From Octopus sinensis (lineage: Eukaryota), in NCBI RefSeq assembly GCF_006345805.1, contig NW_021823682.1, positions 1 through 22,867 of the forward strand: a DNA stretch of 22,867 nucleotides, read 5' to 3'. Below the pieces are notes generated by a model that saw only the letters and a list, made by a program, of their open reading frames with translations, was not told the origin of the DNA and made no database searches. Positions within the stretch are counted from its first letter, which is position 1; the number at the start of each line of letters is the position of its first letter. Shown here one piece after another: positions 10,004 through 20,723 of this stretch. The translations under genes and the position numbers were made by a program.

Positions 10004-11079
10004 GTACGTATTAGTATATTGTAACTTACTAAACGGCGGCAGTATATATACTTTGCCTCATTTTGAAATGCTAGTTGTATGCTCTCTCTACCGCTCTTTA
10101 TATTTCGCTTCCTTTCACACGTACTTTAAATAGTCACATGTACAAGCATATATGCATACATACATATGCATTTAAAAGTTCACATATACACACATATATA
10201 TTGTAAATTATTAATGTCGTTATATAAACAGCGCGGCGCATGCATTCTTCTAATATTTTACAATCTCCCTGTCTCTCTAGTTTACGACCACTTAAAATCG
10301 CATAAACGCACTAACATAGACATACCCATTGGTATACACAAACACACGCATATATATACATATATCCATATATATATGTTTGTATGTATGTATGTATGTA
10401 TGTATGTATGTATGTATGTATGTATGTGTTCATACACATGTACAGACACGCATAGACACAAACACATATATATTATGCTCTGCAATATAGGGCCAACAGT
10501 TTTTGCATAAATCTATAAACCTCAAAGGAATATAATACATCGATAGAAACTTACTTCCTGTATACTTTATATTTGTGTAAACATTTATGAATAAATTAAT
10601 AAATTAATTTCCTATATATATGTATGTATGCGTAGCCTTTGTAAATTCGAACTTGTTCAATGGCAGACATATTTAATTCCATTTGATATTCTTCAATTAA
10701 CCAAGCTTAACCAGGTTCATACATCCGCACTAATACACGCTTTGAATCGCTTAATTATAAACAACTGAGGTCATTCGGGTTGAAAATAATTTAATAGAGT
10801 CAATCACAGGCTAATGCAGTTTATACTGAAATCACCAATGTAGCGCCCGTCTACCGTTTGACCGCAAATAGCTTTTTAAAATGTTCTACAGATTTTACAT
10901 TGCAATGAAGTTTTTTCTATTATTGCAGATATTTATTATAGAATTAAAATTGAGGTAATCATTTACCAAAATATAAAATTCGAGGTCTGTAATGCATTAA
11001 AATGAATATCTTTTTTCTTTGATCTTTCTTTTAATAAACACTCAGACATTGTAATTAAGTGAAAATCGACTTGTATCTA

Positions 11080-12111
11080 TCGGGTAGGCGCCCAAAATCC
11101 GTTCGGTTTTTACTGCTGCTTTAAATTTAAAGCACGCCGTTAAGTAGCTATAGCTTCAGTCTGTGCCTTGGGTATGCGCACTTGTTAGATATTTGATATA
11201 CTAAGGTAGTTCGTTGTAGTTATTGTGCTTAGGGTCACCCTGGGATTAGAAAACCGAAATTAACTTTAACGATACCTCATGCTTTTATATATGTAGAAAG
11301 TGAAGGAAACCTACAGGAAGATATTTGCTGTAGGTTTGTGATATAGTACTGTAGTCCGATGCGAAATTACAACGAGAGAAATTGTATTCTATATACTTGG
11401 GATCACCCTGAGATCTGAGAACCAAAATTAACATTAACGACACCTCATGCTTTTTCTTATTTAAAATAAAAAAGGCCATAAAGCGGCGTAAACCAACTGG
11501 AAGATATGATGTGTGTTCTAAGATGATGCTGTTGCAGGACATGTGTGTATCAGAAGTGGTTTTGACGATGGGGAAAGTTTTTAATAACCACACCAATTTT
11601 AATAACCACACCAATTCCCGCTATACGACCGAGATGATCATAAATATTCCCCAAATATCCAAATATTTGAAAACACTCTGCTTCAAGTTAGTCACGTCAG
11701 CAGTCTCCATTTGTCTCCAAATAAAACATCAATCAAATCAAAGCGTCCAGCACTTACAGATCACAAGGGCATTGTTCGTCCTCATGACAACGTCAGACCG
11801 CACACTTCTTTGCAGATGCGGCAGAAGTTACTGGAGCTTGGCTGGAGGGTTTTACCACACACCCCGCATTCACCTGACCTTACGCCTTCAGATTTCCTTA
11901 TGCTTTCAACTGTTAAGATGTACAAAACGTAGCTGAAGAGTTTTTAGCCAGTAAAGATAGGAAATTATTTGAGTACGAGACAATGGATTGCTCGTAACAT
12001 GGCTGATGATAATGGAACGACACAGTAATTTTATCATTGATTGAATAACTAGGGCTGGTTTAAAACTTATTTTCGCTTGAAACAACCGATTGAACTTTTC
12101 GGCCGACACTA
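11080..12111 (+). mobile_element. Decayed, internally deleted mariner (DD34D-type) transposon
   Basis: Degenerate TIRs at ~11080-11111 and ~12080-12111 with flanking TA. Transposase remnants: HLMLF...KGHKAA...QKWF (N-terminal HTH, ~11441-11560), RYTTEM...[58 protein letters not shown] (cf. HDNARPH, YSPDLAPSD), and EEFLASKDRKLF...W...IID*. Multiple stops and frameshifts. Confidence 0.88.
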
Positions 12112-12199
12112 TATGTATTTGGCAGTATATACTTATATGTGAATATATAGCGCTGTTTTAGTATATATACCATAATTTTATCTCTCTCCCTCCCCCTCC

Positions 12200-12200
<1 letters not shown>

Positions 12201-12282
<82 letters not shown>

Positions 12283-12304
12283 CCTACCTATCTATCTATC
12301 TATC

Positions 12305-12366
<62 letters not shown>

Positions 12367-12371
12367 CCTAC

Positions 12372-12406
<35 letters not shown>

Positions 12407-12420
12407 CCTATCTATATATT
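12201..12420. repeat. (TATC)n microsatellite
   Basis: Direct reading. Confidence 0.97.
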
Positions 12421-12801
12421 TACCGACCTAGCTAGCTATCTGTGCGTCTATCAATAACTTCTTACTTGAAGGAGCGTTCTTACTCGATTTAATATAACTA
12501 TGTATGCACATATCTGTATCTATATCGTTTGTCCCCACCACCTTTATATATCACAAAATTCATAGGCCCACTACTTCTCTAGCTAAGATTTGAGCTTTTA
12601 CAAGGTAGCACTTAAAGAACATCGTTTTCTCTCAATAGAATATCTGTTTTCACGATTCCCCATTTGGTTTGTGAAAATGAATTTTCATTTGTGAAAATGA
12701 AATTTAAACGGTTGTTCACCGGTTTTAAATCGTCTCTGTCTCCGTTCATTTTGCAGAAGGGAAGAAATGTATTAGACGATTTTAACGCGCAATAATTAAA
12801 G

Positions 12802-12848
<47 letters not shown>

Positions 12849-13664
12849 GGTACTTTTCTATATATTTTATATTTCTTTTTTTCCATCAATAGAATTTTAA
12901 AAAGAAAATGTCTGTGGAAATGTTTATTTTCTTTTGGTTAAACTTAATTTTAAATAGAATAAAAGAAGATATTTGAAGAGACATTCCAAGTATAGTTACA
13001 GGCAAATATCTTTGTTTTTACGAAAGTTTCTAGTTGATTCATTCAATGGTAATTCACTTGAAGAAACTACGTCAGAAGATGATAGACAGAAAAAACAAGA
13101 ATAAAAATAAGATATAATAAGCAATACAAAAATATGGCAAGAAGCCACATATTTCATTGTTTTACGTATAAATTCATTACCGCCATTTAAAGATTTTCTT
13201 TTCATTTTATTGTTTGCTTCTTTTCTCATTTTACGATGATTTCTTTCCTGGTGGAATCCAAAATCTTTTGTGCTATTGTAAAATAATTCATGATTGTTAA
13301 CCTATATGATTTCACCAGAACACTTATTCAGAAAGAAAAAAAAAAACAGAAGGGAGTATGAAATACGAAACAAAAAGAGAAATAATATATATTTAGTTAT
13401 TTCTGCTGTGGGCATATAATATATGTAAGTAACAGTTGGATATAAAAACTCAGTACTTTCGAAGTCGTGAATATTAAACAAAGAAAATGTACCAAGTAAT
13501 ACTATTAAGGACTATTCCCGCACGTGTATTAGCGTAGAGCAATAAACAAATCTTTATTATGGCGGTTATAACTAAAAAGTTCAGTGGTATTGTGTTAAGT
13601 ACTACAATCAATAACCCAATCCCTACGGCTGTAAGACGATAATGTATAGATAATACAAGGAACA

Positions 13665-14230
13665 ATGTATGTATGTACGTATGTATGTATGTATGTATGT
13701 GTGTATGTATGTATGTATGTATGTATGTACGTACGTACGTATGTATGTATGTATGTATGCATGTACGTACGTATGTATGTATGTATGCATGTATGTATGT
13801 ATGTGTGTATGTATGTATGTATGTATGTATGTACGAACGTATGTATGTATTATGTATGTATGTATGTAAGTATGTACATGCGTATCTCTCTCTCTCTCTA
13901 TCTATCTCTCTCTCTCTCTATATATATATAAATATATCTATATATCTGTATATATATATATATATATATATATTTATACATTAATATATATATATATATA
14001 ATATATATATATATATTTATATATATATATATATATTGTATATATATATATATAATGTAAATGTTATATACATATATGTGTGTTGTTTGTGTGTGTGCGT
14101 GTGTTTATACGTATGTATGTACTTATGTATGTGTCTATCTATATGCATATATATCTGTATACACACACACATATATATATACATATAAATGTGTGTGAGT
14201 GTGTGTGTGTACACATAGAGAGAAAGACAT
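13665..14230. repeat. Compound (TATG)n/(TC)n/(TA)n/(TG)n microsatellites
   Basis: Direct reading. Confidence 0.92.
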
Positions 14231-14361
14231 ATATGTGCATTCATTCAGAAATATATTTGGTGACTTCAAAGTTTATTCATAAATACTGCTTGTTCAAGAT
14301 GTCAGAACAAGACATTTTCATGGTGAGACGCTGAACTCACTGCATATATTTTTCCATAACC

Positions 14362-14520
14362 TATTCTTTTACTACCCACAAGGGGCTAAACACAGAGGGG
14401 ACAAATAAGGACAGACAAACGGATTAAGTCGATTACGTCGACCCCAGTGAGTAACTGGTACTTAATTTATCGACCCCGAAAGGATGAAAAGCAAAGTCGA
14501 CCTCGGCGGAATTTTAACTC
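14362..14520 (-). mobile_element. SINE family B, 5'-truncated at the B box
   Basis: Matches 5481-5640 closely and stops at TTAACTC. Confidence 0.9.
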
Positions 14521-14550
14521 AAATAACCAATACAGCTCCTCCCACAGTAA

Positions 14551-14780
14551 ATAACATTTCTTTACTACCCACAAGGGGCTAAACATAGAGGGGACAAACA
14601 AGGACAGACAAAGGGATTAAGTCGATTACATAGACCCCAGTGTGAAACTGCTACTTTATTTATCGACCCAGAAAGGATGAAAGGCAAAGTCGACCTCGGT
14701 GGAATTTGAACTCATAACGTAACGCCAGACAAAATACGGCTACGCATTTCGCCCGGCGTGCTAACGTTTCTGCCAACTCG
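14551..14780 (-). mobile_element. SINE family B, full length, 10-bp TSD
   Basis: Homologous to 5481-5712. TSD CCCACAGTAA at 14541-14550 and 14781-14790. Confidence 0.92.
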
Positions 14781-14851
14781 CCCACAGTAATACACAAATA
14801 CTCACTTGCCCATGTTCACATACAGACACATTCTTCCATGTGCACACTCAG

Positions 14852-14916
14852 AAACATACATACATACATACATACATACATACATACATACATACATACA
14901 TACATACATACATACA

Positions 14917-14951
<35 letters not shown>

Positions 14952-14952
14952 G
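14852..14952. repeat. (TACA)n microsatellite
   Basis: Direct reading. Confidence 0.97.
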
Positions 14953-15674
14953 TAGAACGAGTTAACTATTTATCATAATGCAATAACGTTGCCATGTTTT
15001 TTTAAATTAATCTTAATTATCGATATACATATATGTATTGGTGCTGACGGCCTCCATAAATTCTGACTTTATGTCTCCATTTTATGCGGGTAAAAACTAA
15101 TCTACATACCAATTTTGTAAACTTCATTTTAATTATACATGTATGTATATACGTGTATTTTAAATGCATCTTTCTAGTTTCATCAGTTTGAAAATGAATA
15201 AACGGCCCAAAAGACAAACAACAGCAATAAAATAAATAGATCTTTATGTTTGCTCTTCCGGCATAATTTATGAAATGCAAACTTCAGGCATTTTCTATGC
15301 TTTCATAATGCTTCATATTTGTTAATTCGAATTGTGGTTTCAAGTTTCTGAAGTGGCAAAATTACAAAAAAAAAAACAATAAAAAAACCAAACAAAAACA
15401 ACAACAAAGATTTCACTTAACCGTTTCTTCGTTTTATTTTATATTTTTCGCGTATATTTTATAATTGTTTTTATATATATATGAATAATTTTTTTTTTTT
15501 TATCTCAGAACGGAATAAACGAACATTAACTATAAAAAATAGCATGATATAAGAGATAAAAGGATTTGCTAAAACATTTTAAATATTCTTTATTTGCCAT
15601 ACCTCCAGCGAATATTGTTCGTTTTTTATTTTTTTACATAAAATTTTTCGTTTCGATTTTCTTTCCCATTTTGT

Positions 15675-15754
15675 CATCGTTGTCGTCCGCGTTATCGTTA
15701 TTATCATCAATTTCGTCGTCGTCGTCATTGTCGTTATACATATCGTCATCATCG

Positions 15755-15788
<34 letters not shown>
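15675..15788. repeat. (TCG)n/(TCA)n microsatellite
   Basis: Direct reading. Confidence 0.85.
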
Positions 15789-15789
<1 letters not shown>

Positions 15790-16280
15790 TCTTTTCTTCC
15801 AGTTAATAGAGTCATGTTAAGCTTATAGCGACTACGATAGATTTTTATTTAGAAAGAAAAAGACCCTTTCAAGTTCGTACCTTCTATAAGTTAAACTCCC
15901 TTCCTATCCAACATATATAAACACACGCCGAAAGACATATACCTATATACATACGTAGGCGCATGTGCATATTCGCTTAATCCCAGATATCTATTAGTAG
16001 CGAAGTGCTATTTCAGTTCCTAGAACTCATAAGGCCCCAGTCCGTTACACGTTTGCTCCTTTACTGTTGGGGGTGCACTAGAGCAACATGAATTTCTGAT
16101 GCTAATACTGAGAGTCTCGCTGGATAGTCAGGTGTAGTTCCCGTTACCGTTGACTTTGATTCTATCACAACCACCATAGCTGAGCCAGATACTAACACAG
16201 AACATCACATGGTATGCCGATTAGAAGCTACAGATAACGAACTCTCTATATTACTATCAGCAACCCGTCTCCCAGAACAC

Positions 16281-16510
16281 AGCTGTAATTTAAACCTGGA
16301 AAGAAGTGTCCATTGAATGAAAACTACATCGAAGTTAATGTGGTGTATGAGTGTACCAACTCTAATACTGGGTATTACTAAACATTTTGTATTTAGATTT
16401 AACTGGGTTACTTATGTGTACACATGACTTTTGCTTCTGCTTTTTTCCATGGGTGCGTGTAAGTATTAAAAGATCCAATCGATTAATTCGAAATTGATTC
16501 AATACAGAAA
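16281..16510 (+). pseudogene. Decayed Penelope-like element (PLE) Cys-rich linker and GIY-YIG endonuclease remnant
   Basis: With frameshifts: SCN[C]KPGKKCPLNENYIEVNVVYECTNSNTGYY* / YLDLTG / LKD...FEIDSI. This resembles the PLE pattern CNC.....CPLNG.C....VVY...YIGLT...LKD....I.W.I. Confidence 0.55.
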
Positions 16511-16749
16511 TAACGAACTCTTTAAAAAAAAATTCTGCACGACATATTTATAGTGAGTGTATATTGATATGTGGAAATCGACGAATTAAAGTCTGTTATC
16601 AGCATATTGGCATGAAAATAATTTTTCTTTTGCCCTTGTTTATAAGGTGTTTATAATTTTAACCTTTAAAGGTATTTTAATATGCTGCCATTTTTTATTG
16701 AAATTTTTCTGCAAAAAAAATCATCCTATATTAGTAGTATATATATATA

Positions 16750-16781
<32 letters not shown>

Positions 16782-16918
16782 ATAAAAATAATATAACAAT
16801 TTAGGAATGGCCTGAACAGGCCATTCGTCCACCAGAAAGAGCAGCCATAACTAACTCCAACCGCCAAGTAGTGTAATTCGGAAATAGGTGAAAATTTAAA
16901 AACATTTACCCTAATTCA

Positions 16919-17019
16919 TCTTTTATACGATGCATCGTTTCGGTGTCTTTAATGATAGACCAGCTCAATTAAATTAAATTAAGCTGGTCTACCATAGGTC
17001 ACACTTCATCAGTAAAAGA
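16919..17019 (-). ncRNA. Type I hammerhead ribozyme, copy 1
   Basis: Minus strand UCUUUUA-CUGAUGA-A-GUGU[long hairpin]ACAC-C-GAAA-CGAUGCAUCG-UA/UAAAAGA. 7-bp stem I and GUA triplet; predicted cut between 16926 and 16925. Confidence 0.82.
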
Positions 17020-17392
17020 AACCTGGGAGACGGATATACACGAGGCTACTGTATCAATGCCTCGGGAATATCTGTCTTAAAATTTTCAAGACCAACGCAT
17101 TCGTGCCAAACTTATCGGCAGCAAATATAAACTGCCGATTCAATCTCAGAATTAGTCAGAAAATTATCAATTAATCAATTTAGGGTAGCAAAAAATTCAG
17201 TAAAAATTTATCGCTACCAGCGGCCTAATGGAAAAGAGAAAATAGTCAAAGACTAAATATGTATAAATATAACAATTTAGGAATGGCCTGAACAGGCCAT
17301 TCGTCCACCAGAAAGAGCAGCCATAACTCCAACCGCCAAGTAGTGTAATTCGGAAATAAGGTGAAAATTTAAAAAACATTTACCCTAATTCA

Positions 17393-17493
17393 TCTTTTAT
17401 ACGATGCATCGTTTCGGTGTCTTTAATGATAGACCAGCTCAATTAAATTAAATTAAGCTGGTCTACCATAGGTCACACTTCATCAGTAAAAGA
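17393..17493 (-). ncRNA. Type I hammerhead ribozyme, copy 2
   Basis: Same sequence as copy 1; predicted cut between 17400 and 17399. Confidence 0.82.
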
Positions 17494-17642
17494 AACCTGG
17501 GAGAGACGGATATACACGAGGCTACTGTATCAATGCCTCGGGAATATCTGTCTTAAAATTTTCAAGACCAACGCATTCGCGCCAAACTTATCGGCAGCAA
17601 ATATAAACTGCCGATTCAATCTCAGAATTGGTCAGAAAATTA

Positions 17643-17715
17643 TAGACCAGCTTAATTTAATTTAATTGAGCTGGTCTATCATTAAAGACACCGAAACGAT
17701 GCATCGTATAAAAGA
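17643..17715 (+). ncRNA. Hammerhead 3' half only (copy 3), CUGAUGA side lost at the inversion junction
   Basis: Starts within the stem II hairpin and retains ACAC-C-GAAA-CGATGCATCG-TA-TAAAAGA. Confidence 0.65.
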
Positions 17716-18086
17716 TGAATTAGGGTAAATGTTTTTAAATTTTCACCTTATTTCCGAATTACACTACTTGGCGGTTGGAGTTATGGCTGCTCTTTCTGGT
17801 GGACGAATGGCCTGTTCAGGCCATTCCTAAATTGTTATATTTATACATATTAGTCTTTGACTATTTTCTCTTTTCCATTAGGCCGCTGGTAGCGATAAAT
17901 TTTTACTGAATTTTTTGCTACCCTAATTGATTAATGATAATTTTCTGACTAATTCTGAGATTGAATCGGCAGTTTATATTTGCTGCCGATAAGTTTGGCG
18001 CGAATGCGTTGGTCTTGAAAATTTTAAGATAGATATTCCCGAGGCATTGATACAGTAGCCTCGTGTATATCCGTCTCTCCCAGGTT

Positions 18087-18186
18087 TCTTTTACTGATGA
18101 AGTGTGACCTATGTAGACCAGCTTAATTTAATTTAATTGAGCTGGTCTATCATTAAAGACACCGAAACGATGCATCGTATAAAAGA
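18087..18186 (+). ncRNA. Type I hammerhead ribozyme, copy 4
   Basis: Stem I TCTTTTA 18087-18093 / TAAAAGA 18180-18186; CTGATGA 18094-18100; stem II GTGT 18102-18105 / ACAC 18159-18162; inner 15-bp hairpin 18114-18149; GAAA 18164-18167; palindrome ACGATGCATCGT 18167-18178; predicted cut after 18179. Confidence 0.82.
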
Positions 18187-18403
18187 TGAATTAGGGTAAA
18201 TGTTTTTAAATTTTCACCTTATTTCCGAATTACACTACTTGGCGGTTGGAGTTATGGCTGCTCTTTCTGGTGGACGAATGGCCTGTTCAGGCCATTCCTA
18301 AATTGTTATATTTATACATATTTAGTCTTTGACTATTTTCTCTTTTCCATTAGGCCGCTGGTAGCGATAAATTTTTACTGAATTTTTTGCTACCCTAAAT
18401 TGA

Positions 18404-18489
<86 letters not shown>

Positions 18490-18837
18490 ACTTTTCTTTA
18501 TTAAATTAATGGCTTACAAGCGCAAACGATCAACTTCTTCCTGTTATTTTCCCTCCATTTTGTTCTTGCATATAATTTAAAGCACGGTTTATCCGCTGAA
18601 TTACCTGCTACCGCATACTTTCTACCAAGGAGTGTGCCTACGCAGCTAATCTCCAGGAGCGCCTTTGGGTTTAACCATCCCTTAGAGGTTTTAAACACCT
18701 CTAAATTATACCTATATATATAAATCTTAATATAAATACATATGTATGTCTGTCTGTGTGTAGGTATATATTTCACTTAGTCATCGCGAGACTAATAACC
18801 TGGTGTAGAAGTCAATATACGTATGATCCAGAATACA

Positions 18838-19490
18838 ATGTTAGCGCCTTCGGCCCAGTGCGTCCATGCTGCCAACAAAGCACGCGGAATTCTGTTCTTT
18901 ATTCGACGGTCATTCGGAATGCTCACAGCAGCCATATTCCTACCACTCTATGTCACGCTGGTGAGACCCATATTGGAGTACGGGATTCAAGCCTCTTCTC
19001 CTTATCTCCTCAAAGACATACAGCATCTTGAAAGAGTCCAGAAGCTGGCTACCCGCATGGTTCATGGTCTCAAAAATTTGTCCTATGAAGAAAGGTTGAG
19101 GACACTCGACCTTTATTCTCTTGAAAAACGCCGCCGCCGTGGTGATCTCATTCTCGCCCACAACATCATAAGCGGAAAGTGTAACCTCTCGAAAGAGCTG
19201 TTCTTCACTCCTGCTCCAGAGCGTCGGCTGCGGGGTCACTCTGAAAAGCTCTACCTGCGACGATTTCATCTCAATCGAAGGAGAGAGCTTTCTCTCCTCC
19301 GTCCGGGTTGCGGATCCGTTGAACAAGCTGCCAGACGAGATGGTGAGATGCCGACGACCGCTTTGTTCAAAGTCTCCCTTGACCTCAAGTGGCGTGAACT
19401 CTTTACATGAACACCACCCTGTACTTAACTCCATGTCCCCCTACATGGCCTTGCTATTTGCTTTTGAGCCAAATTAACTAACTAACTAAC
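18838..19490 (+). mobile_element. 5'-truncated CR1-clade LINE: ORF2 C-terminus, 3' UTR and (CTAA)n tail
   Basis: LYVTLVRPILEY...DIQHLERVQKLATRMVHGLKNLSYEERLRTLDLYSLEKRRRRGDLI...RGHSEKL is the typical CR1 ORF2 end. SVRVADPLNKLPDEMV lies in an alternative frame. The tail is AACTAACTAACTAAC at ~19476-19490. Confidence 0.92.
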
Positions 19491-19574
19491 ATATATATAT
19501 ATATAATCATATACATAGACATACTGCATCTCTCTCTCTCTCTCACTCTCTCTCTCTCTCTCACTCTCTATATA

Positions 19575-19611
<37 letters not shown>

Positions 19612-19773
19612 TATGTATATATGCATATGTAGGAATGGATGTATAATGTTTGCTTATACTTCTAATTATACACATTGCTATATACACACATGGATGTGAA
19701 GCAGAAATGAAAGCAATAAAACGAACAACCATTATACACAAGAAAACGTAATTATAAAACATAAAACATACTA

Positions 19774-19808
<35 letters not shown>

Positions 19809-19965
19809 ACTACTACTACTACTACTAATAATAATAATGACTAAAATAACAACAACCACCTGAGCAACAACAATAATGAAAATAATGGTAATAACAACAG
19901 CAGCAACAACAACAAAAACAACAATATCATCAACAATAATAATAATAATGATAATAATAATTTTA
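19491..19965. repeat. (TA)n/(TC)n and (ACT/GCT/AAT/AAC)n microsatellites
   Basis: Direct reading. Confidence 0.85.
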
Positions 19966-20723
19966 AATAATTAAAATAAGTTACAAAACGCATAAAGGAA
20001 ATAAAATTGGTAATAGGAAGTAATTGAATATTTATTAATAAAATAACTTATATCACAAACGACAGAAGATATGTAATATCGAATCGATATATATTATCGA
20101 AATTAATCGATAAATATTATACATATTTCTGATACTTCATTTCTCAGCACATATATGTTGCACATATATAATGTACACATTATACTCAATAATAATGGAA
20201 AAACAGATAGAAAAACCGATGCATATAACGAAAGATTCAATGAGATATAAACGCACACACACACAAATACACACACACAGATACACTCACACATATTATA
20301 TGTATGTATGAAATGTGACTTAACGGAGGAGAAGTTATATATATTATAATAAAGAGATGTGTGTCTATGATAACGAGAAATATATGCATAGAAAAACGCG
20401 TGTGAAATAAAGTAGGAATATATTATGAAATGTTACACTTATATCGAAAATGTAAATGAAAATGATATTTGTACCGGAAATAATAGGAAATATAAAGTAA
20501 CTGATGATAAAGTTAAAAATAACTATATACATATTTTATGTATATTTATGTATATATATTGTATGCCTATAGTTATGTAAGTATGTATATATATATATAT
20601 ATATATAAATTCGTATCTATACGTATACCTACTCACATACATATATATGTATATATATATATACATACATATATATATGTGTATATACATATATATATGT
20701 ATGTTTATATATATATAGTTATA

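Larger units (their letters stand above)
16791..18407. mobile_element. (TA)n-flanked tandem-plus-inverted array of a ~471-476-bp hammerhead-containing unit (non-LTR retrozyme or PLE pseudo-LTR array)
   Basis: Unit anchor ATATAACAAT at 16791 and 17267 (period 476); its reverse complement at 17831 and 18302 (period 471). Orientation flips at ~17643. Copies differ by few substitutions and small indels. (TA)n flanks at 16738-16783 and 18406-18487. No long ORF. Confidence 0.88.

Noticed and set aside
15160-15195. CTGATGA...GAAA on the minus strand
   Set aside because: AACTA between the motifs cannot form stem II and stem I does not pair; a chance match.
16791-18407. CRISPR-like or tandem gene array interpretation
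   Set aside because: Whole ~475-bp units repeat without unique spacers, there is no cas gene or long ORF, and the context is eukaryotic.
18501-18776. 91-aa minus-strand ORF between the array and CR1
   Set aside because: Begins in a microsatellite, with no recognisable family or splice support.
18940-19434. 164-aa minus-strand ORF
   Set aside because: Antisense shadow of the CR1 ORF2 fragment.
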